A stretch of 64,000 bases of DNA, taken from contig CP070751.1 in the NCBI GenBank assembly GCA_020348445.1, positions 4,876,506 through 4,940,505 on the forward strand, in the 5' to 3' direction. Position 1 is the first letter of the stretch. The number at the start of each line of letters is the position of its first letter. Below, in pieces: positions 30,772 through 40,900 of the stretch. The notes under the pieces are model-generated. The model had not been told where the DNA came from. It made no database searches and saw only the letters and a program-made list of their open reading frames with translations. The translations under genes and the position numbers were made by a program. Source of the DNA: Thermoplasmata archaeon (GTDB lineage: Archaea; Thermoplasmatota; Thermoplasmata; GCA-020350865).

Positions 30772-31545
30772 ATGGTAAACCAGTACAAAAACATTCAATT
30801 TGAGAAGGATGAGCATGTAGCAAAGATAACTCTTAACAGACCGCCTCTTAATGTTCTCAATATCGAGATGATGAGGGAAATCAATTCTGTTTTAGAAGGA
30901 TTGGAGGACGATAAGAAATTGAAAGCCGTTATTTTTCAGGCTGAAGGTAAAGCCTTCTCAGCTGGCGTGGATGTTTCTGATCATACCAATGATAAGGTAG
31001 AGGAGATGATTCACGTCTTTCACATGATATTCTTTCATATGACAAAAATAAAGGCTCCCACCGTAGCACTGGTAAATGGTCCCGCGTTGGGTGGGGGGTG
31101 TGAACTTGCAGTATTCTGTGATATGGTCCTGGCTTCGGATAGCTCAAAATTCGGGCAGCCAGAGATCAAAGTGGGTGTGTTTCCACCCATCGCGGCTGTG
31201 ATGTTTCCCTGGTACACGAACTTAAAAAAGGCCATGGAACTGCTTATGACTGGTGAGACCATATCTGCTTCCGAGGCAAAGGAAATTGGTCTGGTCAATG
31301 CCGTATACCCCATGGAGACTTTCGAAGAGGATGCCAAGGGTTTTATAGAAAAGCTGACAAGCCAAAGTTCTGTTGTTCTCCAATTGACAAAAGAAGCCAT
31401 CGATGAGGCCTATGGTGAGAATTATCATATCGCCGTAGCAAAGGTGGAGAATGTCTATATGAACAAACTCATGAATACCCACGATGCTAACGAAGGCTTG
31501 AAAGCATTTTTGGAGAAGAGAAAGCCAGAATGGAAGAACGAATAA
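30772..31545 (+). CDS. Enoyl-CoA hydratase/isomerase (crotonase family, Dch-like)
   Basis: ITLNRPPLN, FSAGVDV, ALGGGCE and FGQPE (both catalytic Glu residues), GVFPPIAA. Confidence 0.9.
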   Translation: MVNQYKNIQFEKDEHVAKITLNRPPLNVLNIEMMREINSVLEGLEDDKKLKAVIFQAEGKAFSAGVDVSDHTNDKVEEMIHVFHMIFFHMTKIKAPTVALVNGPALGGGCELAVFCDMVLASDSSKFGQPEIKVGVFPPIAAVMFPWYTNLKKAMELLMTGETISASEAKEIGLVNAVYPMETFEEDAKGFIEKLTSQSSVVLQLTKEAIDEAYGENYHIAVAKVENVYMNKLMNTHDANEGLKAFLEKRKPEWKNE

Positions 31546-31559
31546 TAGGGGAGATTACA

Positions 31560-32303
31560 ATGGAGTTGGAAGGTCAAGTTGGAATAGTCACAGGTGGAAG
31601 CCTGGGTATAGGTTCTTCAATTGCTATTGCATTGGCAAAAAATGGTGCTGATGTTGCCTTAAATTACAGGAAACATGATGCTGAGGCAAAGGCCATAGCA
31701 GAGAAAATTAACGGCATGGGCAGACGTGGTATGGTGGTTAAAGCGGACGTTTCAAAAACAGAAGATGCGCAGAATATGGTCAAGAAAGTTGTAGAGGATT
31801 TTGGAAGACTGGATATACTCGTCTGCAATGCAGGAATTAACATGGACAGCGTGATTTGGAAGATGACAGAAGAGCAGTGGGACACAGTGATGTCAGTTAA
31901 TCTTAAGGGTTATTTTAACTACGCAAAGGCAGCGGCCCCCATATTCAAGGAGCAAAAGCATGGTAAGATAGTGAACATAACATCAATAAACGGTCTTAGA
32001 GGCAAGTTTGGGCAGTCCAATTACTCTGCAAGCAAAGGTGGAATAATTGCATTGACAAAAACCCTGGCCAAAGAGCTTGGAAGGTATAACGTGAACGCCA
32101 ATGCAGTGGCGCCTGGAATGATAGGTACTGAGATGATGTTAAAACTGCCTGAGGAATGGAAGCAAAAGGCAGTGGATGAAACAGTGCTTGGAAGAATAGG
32201 CACACCAGAGGATGTGGCAAACGTTGTTGTTTTCCTATGCAGTGAAAATGCCAGGCATATCACAGGTGAGGTAATCAAAGTTGACGGCGGGCAGTACATT
32301 TGA
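31560..32303 (+). CDS. Short-chain dehydrogenase, FabG/3-oxoacyl-CoA reductase-like
   Basis: TGGSLGIG, CNAG, YSASK, NAVAPG. Start set to ATG 31560, after the RBS GGGGAG. Confidence 0.92.
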   Translation: MELEGQVGIVTGGSLGIGSSIAIALAKNGADVALNYRKHDAEAKAIAEKINGMGRRGMVVKADVSKTEDAQNMVKKVVEDFGRLDILVCNAGINMDSVIWKMTEEQWDTVMSVNLKGYFNYAKAAAPIFKEQKHGKIVNITSINGLRGKFGQSNYSASKGGIIALTKTLAKELGRYNVNANAVAPGMIGTEMMLKLPEEWKQKAVDETVLGRIGTPEDVANVVVFLCSENARHITGEVIKVDGGQYI

Positions 32304-32314
32304 ATTGCTGAGGG

Positions 32315-33469
32315 ATGAATATGAAAATCGGAGTTGCGGGTATTGGTCACGGTGTCTTTGGAAAAAGAAATGATGCAACAGCCCAGGAGCTTGCCTTTGA
32401 GCCTTTTTCTGAGGCCATGGAGGACTGCGGAATCACGCAGCAGGATATCGATGCCACGATAATTGGTTCTTCTCCAGAATATCACAAGCAGCGCTCACTT
32501 CCAGGCGTGGTTACCGAATATATTGGCATGAATCCCAAGCCCGCTTTTTTAACTGAAGCTGCATGTGCCTCAGGATCGGCTGCCCTTCTCAGTGCCTATG
32601 GATTCATCAGGGCTGGAATGTTCGATGTCGTGGCAGTTATTGGTGTTCAGAAGATGATGGAGCTTTCCACCCCAGAGATTTTGGCTTTAATGGGTAGGGT
32701 AGGGGACGTGCAGTGGGAGTCCAACTTTGGTACCACATTTCCTGGTTACTATGCCCTGTATGCTCGAAGGCACATGCATGAGTTCGGTACAACAGAGGAG
32801 CAGATGGCCCAGGTGGCGATAAAGAACCATTTTTATGGTACAAAGAATCCAAAAGCTAGGTTTCAGAAAGAGGTGAGCATGGAGAAGATAATGTCCTCTA
32901 AAATCGTGGCTTCTCCCTTGAAGATGTTCGACTGCTGTGCAAATGCTGACGGTGCAGCATGTCTTATCATAGCAAATGAGGATAAGGCCAGGAAGATATC
33001 GGATACACCGATCTGGCTTGAGGGTGTGGGTAGTGCAACTGCTCCCTTCTCAGTTTTAAATAGAGCCTCTATCTCCACAATACCAAGTGCAGTTGAGGCA
33101 GGAAAGCAGGCCTTTAAAATGGCAGATTGTGAACCAAAAAACATCCATGTTGCCGATGTTCATGACTGTTTCACAATTGCCGAGCTTATGGCCTATGAAG
33201 ATCTGGGATTCTGCAAAAGAGGCGAGGGAGGTAAGTTCATAGAGGAGAAGCAGTCCTACATTGGAGGAAAGATCCCTGTAAATGTGGATGGAGGTCTTAA
33301 ATCCAAGGGACATCCTGTGGGTGCAACTGGCACTTCAATGGCCTATGAGGCTGTAAAACAATTGCGGGGTGAGGCAGGGGAAAGACAGGTTGATGGTGCC
33401 GAGATAGCCCTGACCCACAATGTCGGAGGTATAGGACAGTACTGCTTTGTAAATATCTACAAGAGGTGA
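32315..33469 (+). CDS. Archaeal-type thiolase (acetyl-CoA acyltransferase)
   Basis: EAACASG catalytic Cys, HDCF, KSKGHPVGATG, HNVGG. Confidence 0.93.
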   Translation: MNMKIGVAGIGHGVFGKRNDATAQELAFEPFSEAMEDCGITQQDIDATIIGSSPEYHKQRSLPGVVTEYIGMNPKPAFLTEAACASGSAALLSAYGFIRAGMFDVVAVIGVQKMMELSTPEILALMGRVGDVQWESNFGTTFPGYYALYARRHMHEFGTTEEQMAQVAIKNHFYGTKNPKARFQKEVSMEKIMSSKIVASPLKMFDCCANADGAACLIIANEDKARKISDTPIWLEGVGSATAPFSVLNRASISTIPSAVEAGKQAFKMADCEPKNIHVADVHDCFTIAELMAYEDLGFCKRGEGGKFIEEKQSYIGGKIPVNVDGGLKSKGHPVGATGTSMAYEAVKQLRGEAGERQVDGAEIALTHNVGGIGQYCFVNIYKR

Positions 33470-33475
33470 TGAGAA

Positions 33476-33886
33476 ATGGGATTTGAGAGGTTCGGAAAGG
33501 TTTCCTTTGCTCCATTTACAAAGGTCTCGAAGTTCGTGGATTTTTTGGATGAAGGGAAGATCAAAGGAACAGTTTGCAAGAAATGTAGCACTTTCCATTT
33601 TCCTCCCCGGGGAGATTGTGTTTCCTGTCCTTCCTCAGAAATAGACTGGAAGGAGATCTCAGGGAATTGCAAGCTCGTCACCTATACAACTATTCATTCG
33701 GCTCCACAGGGTTTCGAGGACGACAAACCTTATACCCTGGCAATGGTTGATCTGGAGGAAGGGGGCAGAGCTTTAGGCTGGACAGAAGGTCTTTCTGAGG
33801 AGGATTTGAAAATCGGGATGGCCTTGAAATTGGAGATAAAAAAGCTACCTGATGAGAGGTTGACCTTTGTTTTGAAGGGCCAGTGA
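33476..33886 (+). CDS. DUF35 zinc-ribbon/OB-fold thiolase partner
   Basis: CKKC...FPPRGDCVSC, LVTYTTIH, PYTLAMVDLEEG; adjacent to the thiolase. Confidence 0.92.
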   Translation: MGFERFGKVSFAPFTKVSKFVDFLDEGKIKGTVCKKCSTFHFPPRGDCVSCPSSEIDWKEISGNCKLVTYTTIHSAPQGFEDDKPYTLAMVDLEEGGRALGWTEGLSEEDLKIGMALKLEIKKLPDERLTFVLKGQ

Positions 33887-33892
33887 TTTGAG

Positions 33893-36800
33893 TTATTCCA
33901 ACGTTCCCTTAATGCCGCAACTTGGGCATTGAACATCTATAGGACCTTCGGTTTTTGTAACATTAAACATATAACCGCAATCTGGGCAGGAAATATTAAT
34001 TGCGTTTTGCTGAGCGAAACCCTCAGACTGGATCATGCCATGACCATTATCCTTTTTTCTTGTGGTAAGTACACCAACTACAATTATGATTATCGCCACT
34101 ATAACTATCAATAATAGCAATATGAAGGGGTTTATTATCGTAGATGTTTCTTCCCCCTCATCCTTCTCCTCGGGCTTTTGTTTTGTTGTGAACTCAAATA
34201 CATATTTATTCTCCAATCGATGGCCTGCCAAATCCTTTGCCTTGGTGCTGATAGAGATTTGGTAAAGAGTGCCATCAGCAAATGGCTCAGTAGCATTTAG
34301 AGTTAAGGTTTTATCGTCGTTACTCCATGAATAGGTATATTCTGTATAAGGTATGATAGAAATTGCAGGTTCCACTGATTCAATGTCCATAGGTTCACTA
34401 AATTCTATAATAACTTCTGTATTAACTAAAACATCGATTGCCGCATTATCTGGTTGAGTGGATATAACCGAAGGAGATGTAAAATCAATACTAATTACAA
34501 AATATTTTTCGTTCACATTACCCGCGACATCAAGAGCCCTAATAGTTATCGTATATGTTCCATCTTCCCAACCAGTAGTATCAAGATCATACGGTGCCTC
34601 CAAAGTCTGTAATTTCCCCTGATTGATAAAATAGCTCACAGAATCCAAATTATTATCTGAGACTTCAAAGTCCAAGATTTTTACATCAGTTAACAAAGAG
34701 TTGTTTTCTGGTGAATTTAATGAAATCTCTGGTAAAGTGAAATCTTTTGGAATCCCTTTTTTGAACTTGAACCATTTCTCGTTGATGTTACCTGCCAAAT
34801 CGTCTGCATAGATACTTATGGTATATTCTCCATCAGGCCATTCATTTGTGTCTATTATATAAGGTTGTGTAAGGAGCCTTGGCGCGTCACCATTTTTGGA
34901 ATAAGTAACATGGTTCAGATTTGCGTCCGAAATTGTGAATCTTATTTCAACACCTTCTCCAATATTGGAGTTGTTCGAAGGTGAGTTTAGTGTTATAATA
35001 GGAAGTTTACTATCCTTGATAAAGATAAACCAATTCTCGTTGGAATTACCCGCCAAATCTTCGACATGTATTGTTAAAGTATGTTCTTTATCCTGCCAAT
35101 CGTTTGTTTCGATGATGTAAGGCGGCGTAAGGAGTTCAAAAGGACCCTCGTTTTTAGAATATGTGACTGTATTGAGGTTTGCATCTGAGATTAATAGGTT
35201 AATCTCTACATTTGATTTAATATATGTGTTGTTGGGTGGCGAGTTCAGCTCAATTGCGGGAGGAGAAGAATCAATTGTGAAATTGTACCAGGTTACTTTA
35301 AAGTTGTTTGCGAGGTCACTTGCATTTAAGGTAACAATATAATTATCATCAATCCAAGTATCGGTAATTATATCATAAGGCTGATTAAGTTCCTCCCACG
35401 CACCATCATCAATAGAATAAAAAACACTATCTAAATTTGTATCTGATACTGAAACGTCAATTACGGTTGCAGCTGGTATTATTGAATTGTTCTCAGGCGA
35501 ATTCAACATAATTTCCGGGGGAGTTGAATCGATAGTAAAACTGAACCATAAAGCGGCAACATTGTCGTGGGTATCTTTTGCAGTAATGTCTATGACATGA
35601 CTTTCATCCTCCCATTCAGTTGTAAGTATATCATAAGGAGCAACTAGGGATTGAGTTGGCCCATCATTTACAGTATAAGTTACTTCATACAGATTAGGAT
35701 CAGAAATAGAAAAATCGATTGTAGTGCCAGACCTGATTATCGAGTTATTAGAAGGTGAAATCAGTTCTATTATTGGAGGGGAATTGTCAAACTTCACTGG
35801 TCTGATTAACGGATAATTGTCTTGATCGTATTCGGATATAATATAAGGATTCTTCCCTCCTCCCTGAGCTGATCCATTATCTACTATACCATCGCTTCCC
35901 ACCATATCTTGATTTTCTCCTTGAAAATCGTCATATGCATCTTCACCCGGTTCATCCAAATCAGACCAATAATTTCCACCTGAGGGGTAAGTATTATTCC
36001 AAGTGTTGTTTCCATTGTCGTACGCTTGAGGAAACGCGATATTGTTGATGAAATTATTGTGAAGGATATTGTTTTGTTCTGAAGATTCCATATAAATTCC
36101 ATACTCTGTGTTACAGGTGATGTTGTTGTAGATAACTGTATTGTTACTGCACCAGCGGATAAAAACGCCATACCCGTCATTTGAGTGGATAGTATTGTTG
36201 TCTATGGTATTGTATTTACAACTCTCCCGAAGCCAAATACCCCCATTATTGTTTGAAACGTTGTTGTTGGATATAATATTACCATCTGAAGTAGAGCGTA
36301 AGACAATGCCATCCCTGTTGTTAGAATGTATGCTATTGTACGCTATCGAATTGCCAGTGCTCCATTCGAGATATATTCCATACCAATTGTTAGAATAAAT
36401 ACTATTGGCTGTCATTACGTTGCCTGGACTTGACCATACGATTATACCGTATTCATTGTTCAAAACATCGTTGTCAGATAAGGTATTACCAGAGCTCTTT
36501 TGAAGGTATATACCATAATAATTGTTTGAAAAACTGCTGTTTGTAATTCTAATGGAATTTGAATATCCCAATTCGATACCAACATCAGTATAAGCCATAC
36601 CAACGTTATTTATGGTAATCAATGAGCAGTTGACAAGTATTATTCCCCCCACCGTAATACCATCAATAGTGATACCTTCACGGTTCTTATAGTAGATTAG
36701 GGGTTCACCATTTATCAAGTTTCCTGGAGGTATTTCATGAATAAAATGAGAAATCCTATCTGCCTCTCCATCTATAAAAAGACCATCATTTGTGAAGATG

Positions 36801-37717
36801 TTATCAATGATATAATTGTTAGAACTTGCCCAAAGATGGATGCCATGATAATTATTTGAATAGATTCTATTTTTGGATATCGTGTTATTAGAGCTTTCCC
36901 AGAGGTAAATGCCGTGCCACTCATTTGAATGGATGCTGTTGTTAGATATGATATTTCTTGAACTGTAGTATAGATTTATACCATAGTAATCATTTGATGA
37001 GGCGTTGTTATTGGATACAGTATTGCCAGGACTGAAACCCACATATATGCCATTATAATCGTTTAAATAGACTGTGTTGTTTGTTATGGTATTGTTTGAG
37101 TCTATCAGGGGTTCATACTCGTTATTGAGCACTATACCATAATGATTATTTAAAACGCTGTTGTTTGATATGGTGTTGCTATTGCAATTCGAGTAGAGAT
37201 ATATACCATACATATCGTTTGAATAGACGCTGTTATTGTGTATGATATTGCTGTTGCAACTCGATTCAAAATATATTCCCTCTCTAATGTTATTGTGAAT
37301 TTCATTATCAGATATTCTGTTATTCCTTGATAAGTAGAAGTTAATTCCATCATGATTATTATAAATCTCGCTTTTTTCTATGGCTCCATTCTCTACATTT
37401 CTAAAGTATATTCCATTGAAATTGCTGCCGCCTTCATGAATATTGCTGTTTCTAATCACAAAATAGACATCTGTGTTTCTTATGTCGATGCCATTTGCAA
37501 AATATGCATAGATAATATAATCCTCGATAATATATGGATTGCTTTCTGTCCCTTCTCCTGGCCATCCCTCCTGCGCTGCCTTTGCGGCAAAATCTGCATT
37601 TCCATCTATAAATATTGGCTGGTCGGCAGATACTGTGAAGGATATTAATGTTATTACATGGATGAGACCGCCCATAAGGATCATCAAAACGATAATTGAG
37701 CTACCCACTTTTTTCAT
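33893..37717 (-). CDS. Membrane-anchored NosD beta-helix protein with five Ig-like repeats, a Big_5-like domain, a TM helix and a C-terminal zinc ribbon
   Basis: Signal segment; GIYLxxSxNNxI repeats; five PxIxLxSPxNNS..DLAGN units; EFSEPMD; TM helix; CPDC..CPSC. Confidence 0.88.
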   Translation of the reverse strand: MKKVGSSIIVLMILMGGLIHVITLISFTVSADQPIFIDGNADFAAKAAQEGWPGEGTESNPYIIEDYIIYAYFANGIDIRNTDVYFVIRNSNIHEGGSNFNGIYFRNVENGAIEKSEIYNNHDGINFYLSRNNRISDNEIHNNIREGIYFESSCNSNIIHNNSVYSNDMYGIYLYSNCNSNTISNNSVLNNHYGIVLNNEYEPLIDSNNTITNNTVYLNDYNGIYVGFSPGNTVSNNNASSNDYYGINLYYSSRNIISNNSIHSNEWHGIYLWESSNNTISKNRIYSNNYHGIHLWASSNNYIIDNIFTNDGLFIDGEADRISHFIHEIPPGNLINGEPLIYYKNREGITIDGITVGGIILVNCSLITINNVGMAYTDVGIELGYSNSIRITNSSFSNNYYGIYLQKSSGNTLSDNDVLNNEYGIIVWSSPGNVMTANSIYSNNWYGIYLEWSTGNSIAYNSIHSNNRDGIVLRSTSDGNIISNNNVSNNNGGIWLRESCKYNTIDNNTIHSNDGYGVFIRWCSNNTVIYNNITCNTEYGIYMESSEQNNILHNNFINNIAFPQAYDNGNNTWNNTYPSGGNYWSDLDEPGEDAYDDFQGENQDMVGSDGIVDNGSAQGGGKNPYIISEYDQDNYPLIRPVKFDNSPPIIELISPSNNSIIRSGTTIDFSISDPNLYEVTYTVNDGPTQSLVAPYDILTTEWEDESHVIDITAKDTHDNVAALWFSFTIDSTPPEIMLNSPENNSIIPAATVIDVSVSDTNLDSVFYSIDDGAWEELNQPYDIITDTWIDDNYIVTLNASDLANNFKVTWYNFTIDSSPPAIELNSPPNNTYIKSNVEINLLISDANLNTVTYSKNEGPFELLTPPYIIETNDWQDKEHTLTIHVEDLAGNSNENWFIFIKDSKLPIITLNSPSNNSNIGEGVEIRFTISDANLNHVTYSKNGDAPRLLTQPYIIDTNEWPDGEYTISIYADDLAGNINEKWFKFKKGIPKDFTLPEISLNSPENNSLLTDVKILDFEVSDNNLDSVSYFINQGKLQTLEAPYDLDTTGWEDGTYTITIRALDVAGNVNEKYFVISIDFTSPSVISTQPDNAAIDVLVNTEVIIEFSEPMDIESVEPAISIIPYTEYTYSWSNDDKTLTLNATEPFADGTLYQISISTKAKDLAGHRLENKYVFEFTTKQKPEEKDEGEETSTIINPFILLLLIVIVAIIIIVVGVLTTRKKDNGHGMIQSEGFAQQNAINISCPDCGYMFNVTKTEGPIDVQCPSCGIKGTLE

Positions 37718-37938
37718 CTTTTTGACTCCTTTATGGTTTAGAAGGAGATTTGCTCCTAAATAGAGGTATCACCACAACCTCACATTCATTACCTTCCACA
37801 TTTTACCAGTATATAAGGACTGTTTATACAAGGCAAATATTGGTGTTGAACATATATATAATTTAAGGAGTCATATTGAAATAGTGACGAGGAAAATCGA
37901 AATAATCATCTATAAATGCGAAAAAAAGGTGAAAAGAG

Positions 37939-40900
37939 CTATTCCAAGGTTCCCTTAATGCCACAGCTTGGGCATTGAACCTGCATAGGTCCTTTTGTTT
38001 TGATTACCGAAAATCCATGTCTGCACTGGGGACAGGCGATTTGCATTGTGGGCAGCTGAGGCTGTGGTTGTTCTTCAAGAGATTTTTGTGATTCTACTTT
38101 CATGACCATCGAGCAGAATGGGCATTTGATGTTCATTGTTGTGCCGAGATCATCAAACTGGAGAATGTTATTGCACCCAGGGCATTTAATTTGGATGGCA
38201 GCTGGGATTTCAATCCCTGGTTCGGCTTTTTCTTTGGATGGTTTCTTTTTAGCAATAACCAGAACTACTATGATCACGACCACGATGATGGCAATTAGTA
38301 ATGTTAGAAAGAAATACATTATCGGGACTCCTTCTTCCTCCTTTTCTTTTGGCTTTTTCTGGGTTGTGAAACCAAACTCGAATTTATCATCCAGCCTTCG
38401 ATCTGCCATATCTTTTGCTCCTGTGCCTATGGAAATTTTGTATTGGGTTTCATATTCAAGAGGTTCAGAGAAGTTCAGAATCAATGTCTTGTTGTCCTCA
38501 GTCCACGAGCAGGTGTAATCAACATAAGGATCCATGGAAATCGCAGATTCCACAGATTTTGTATCCATGGGTTCGCTGAACTCTATGACAATTTCGGTTT
38601 TTATAGAGACATCTGTTGCACCTTCATCGATGGATGCTGATGCGATAGAAGGCGGGGATATATCGAATTTGAAGAAAAACCATCTTTCAATGGTCCAACC
38701 AGCAGCATCCCCAGCTCTTATTTCTATAATATATTCGCCATCTTCCCAATCTGAGGCATCCAGGTCATAAGGTGCTTCAAAGATCCTCAATGCACCCTGA
38801 TTTATAGAGTAGTATACTGACTCTAAATTTTCATCATAAACATCAAAATCTATGGTTTGGACCTCAAACAGAAGCGATTCATTATCAGGATTGTTTAAAA
38901 CAATGGATGGCAAGGTGGTGTCCTTGGTAAATATAAACCATTTCTCATTGAAATTACCTGCTAAGTCATCGGCATATATTTTTATGTTGTACTCCCCGTC
39001 TTGCCAATCGCTTGTATCGATGATATATGGCTCGGAAAAAGTGTATGCTGGACCGCTGTTTTTGGTGTACGATACCTTTTTAAGGTTTGCGTCCGAGATT
39101 GTGAAGTCAATTTCTGCTTCTATGGCGATAAACGAGTTATTATCAGGTGAATTCAGTGTGATTTTTGGAGATGTTGAATCGATAACGAAATTGAACCACA
39201 AAAAGTTATAATTGCCAGCATGATCGCTTGCATTTATTGAAATAACATAGCTTCTATCATCCCACGAATTTGTGTTAAGGTCATAAGGTGAAGAGATTAT
39301 TTCATTAACGCCGTTGATAGAACAAATAACTTGCTTTAAATGGATGTCTTGGATCGAGAACTCAATGGGAATTCCAGCCTTGATTATTGAACCATCATCG
39401 GGTGAGTTTAGGACTACAGTAGGGGATATCGAGTCTATAGTGAAGTTGTACCATTTTGTGTTGACATTGTTGTGGGTATCAATTGCATAGACCTCAACAA
39501 TGTAATTATCATCCTCCCATTCCATTGTTTCGATTTCGAACGGTGAGGTTATTCTCTGATGCGAACCACCATTTAATGAATAGGTTACTTTATACAAATG
39601 TGGGTCCAAAATAGAAAGGTCTATGATTATCCCTGGCTTGATAATGGAATTGTTAGAAGGAGAATCGAGCTGTAATATCGGTGGGGTATTGTCAGGTGCC
39701 CAAGGTTCCATAAGTGGATAATTATCCTGGGTATCTGAATCAATTATATAAGGCGAGTCACCTATGCCGTCCCCTCCCTCTTCATTCTGGCCTGGGCCAG
39801 AAAAATCATCTGCGCCGGTGTAATCGCTCCAGTAATTACCTCCCGAGGGATAGCCGTTGTCCCAGTAATTATCACTACGATTATCGAATGCTTGATGATT
39901 ATTACTTATAATGTTATTGTGATAAATTCGGTTATTTGAGCAATCTTCGAGGAGAATTCCATAAATACTATTTGATGAAATATTGTTTCTAAAAATCATG
40001 TTATTATTGGATAAAAACCAGATATAGATGCCATAATTGTTATCTGCGAGGTTGTTGGTGGTAATATCGTTATTGTCGGATCCCAGACAGAGATAGATAC
40101 CGTAATAGTTATCCGTGGCGATATTATTAGAGACATTGTTTCCGTCGGACTCTTGGAGACGGATACCAAATAGATTATTAAAGGCATTATTATCAAAGAT
40201 GAAGTTATCATCTGAAGAATAAACAGAGATACCATACAAATTGTTTTCGAAAGCGATATTGTCTGTAACATTATTCAAGTCCGATTCCCATAGACGGATG
40301 CCATATAATCCGTTAGAGTAAACCGTATTAGCAGCGATATTATTTCCATTTGAATAATAAAGATGTATGCCATTCCCGTTGTTCAAGGATACGATATTGC
40401 CTGTTATGTTGTTGTAATTAGAATACTCGAGATAGATGCCATAATGATTATTCGATGAGGCATCGTTATCTATAATAGTATTATGCGAGGAGAATCCCAG
40501 CTCAATACCGACAGCACCATACGTTAGTTCTTGGTTCTCTACTATGATGTTGAAGCAGTTGGCAAGTATTACTTGACCTGCCCCAGAAGGGATTATACCA
40601 CCTGTTTGATTCTTCCAGTAGTACACAGGTTTTCCACTGACGGTATTGAATGTGTCAATAATGTGTGTATTCCAGTACTCTAGTAAATCACCAGTGATAA
40701 GAATCCCATTCTCTATCATCTGGTTGCTAGTAAGGCGGTTACTGCTGGAATCATAGAGGTATATGCCATAGCGATCGTTTGAGATGAAGATGTTACCATT
40801 TAAGCTGTTTTGGTTGGATCGAAAGAGTATGATACCATTATCGTTGTGCGAAATATTGTTACCAGTTATGTTGTTGTTTGATGACAAACAGAGATCGAAG

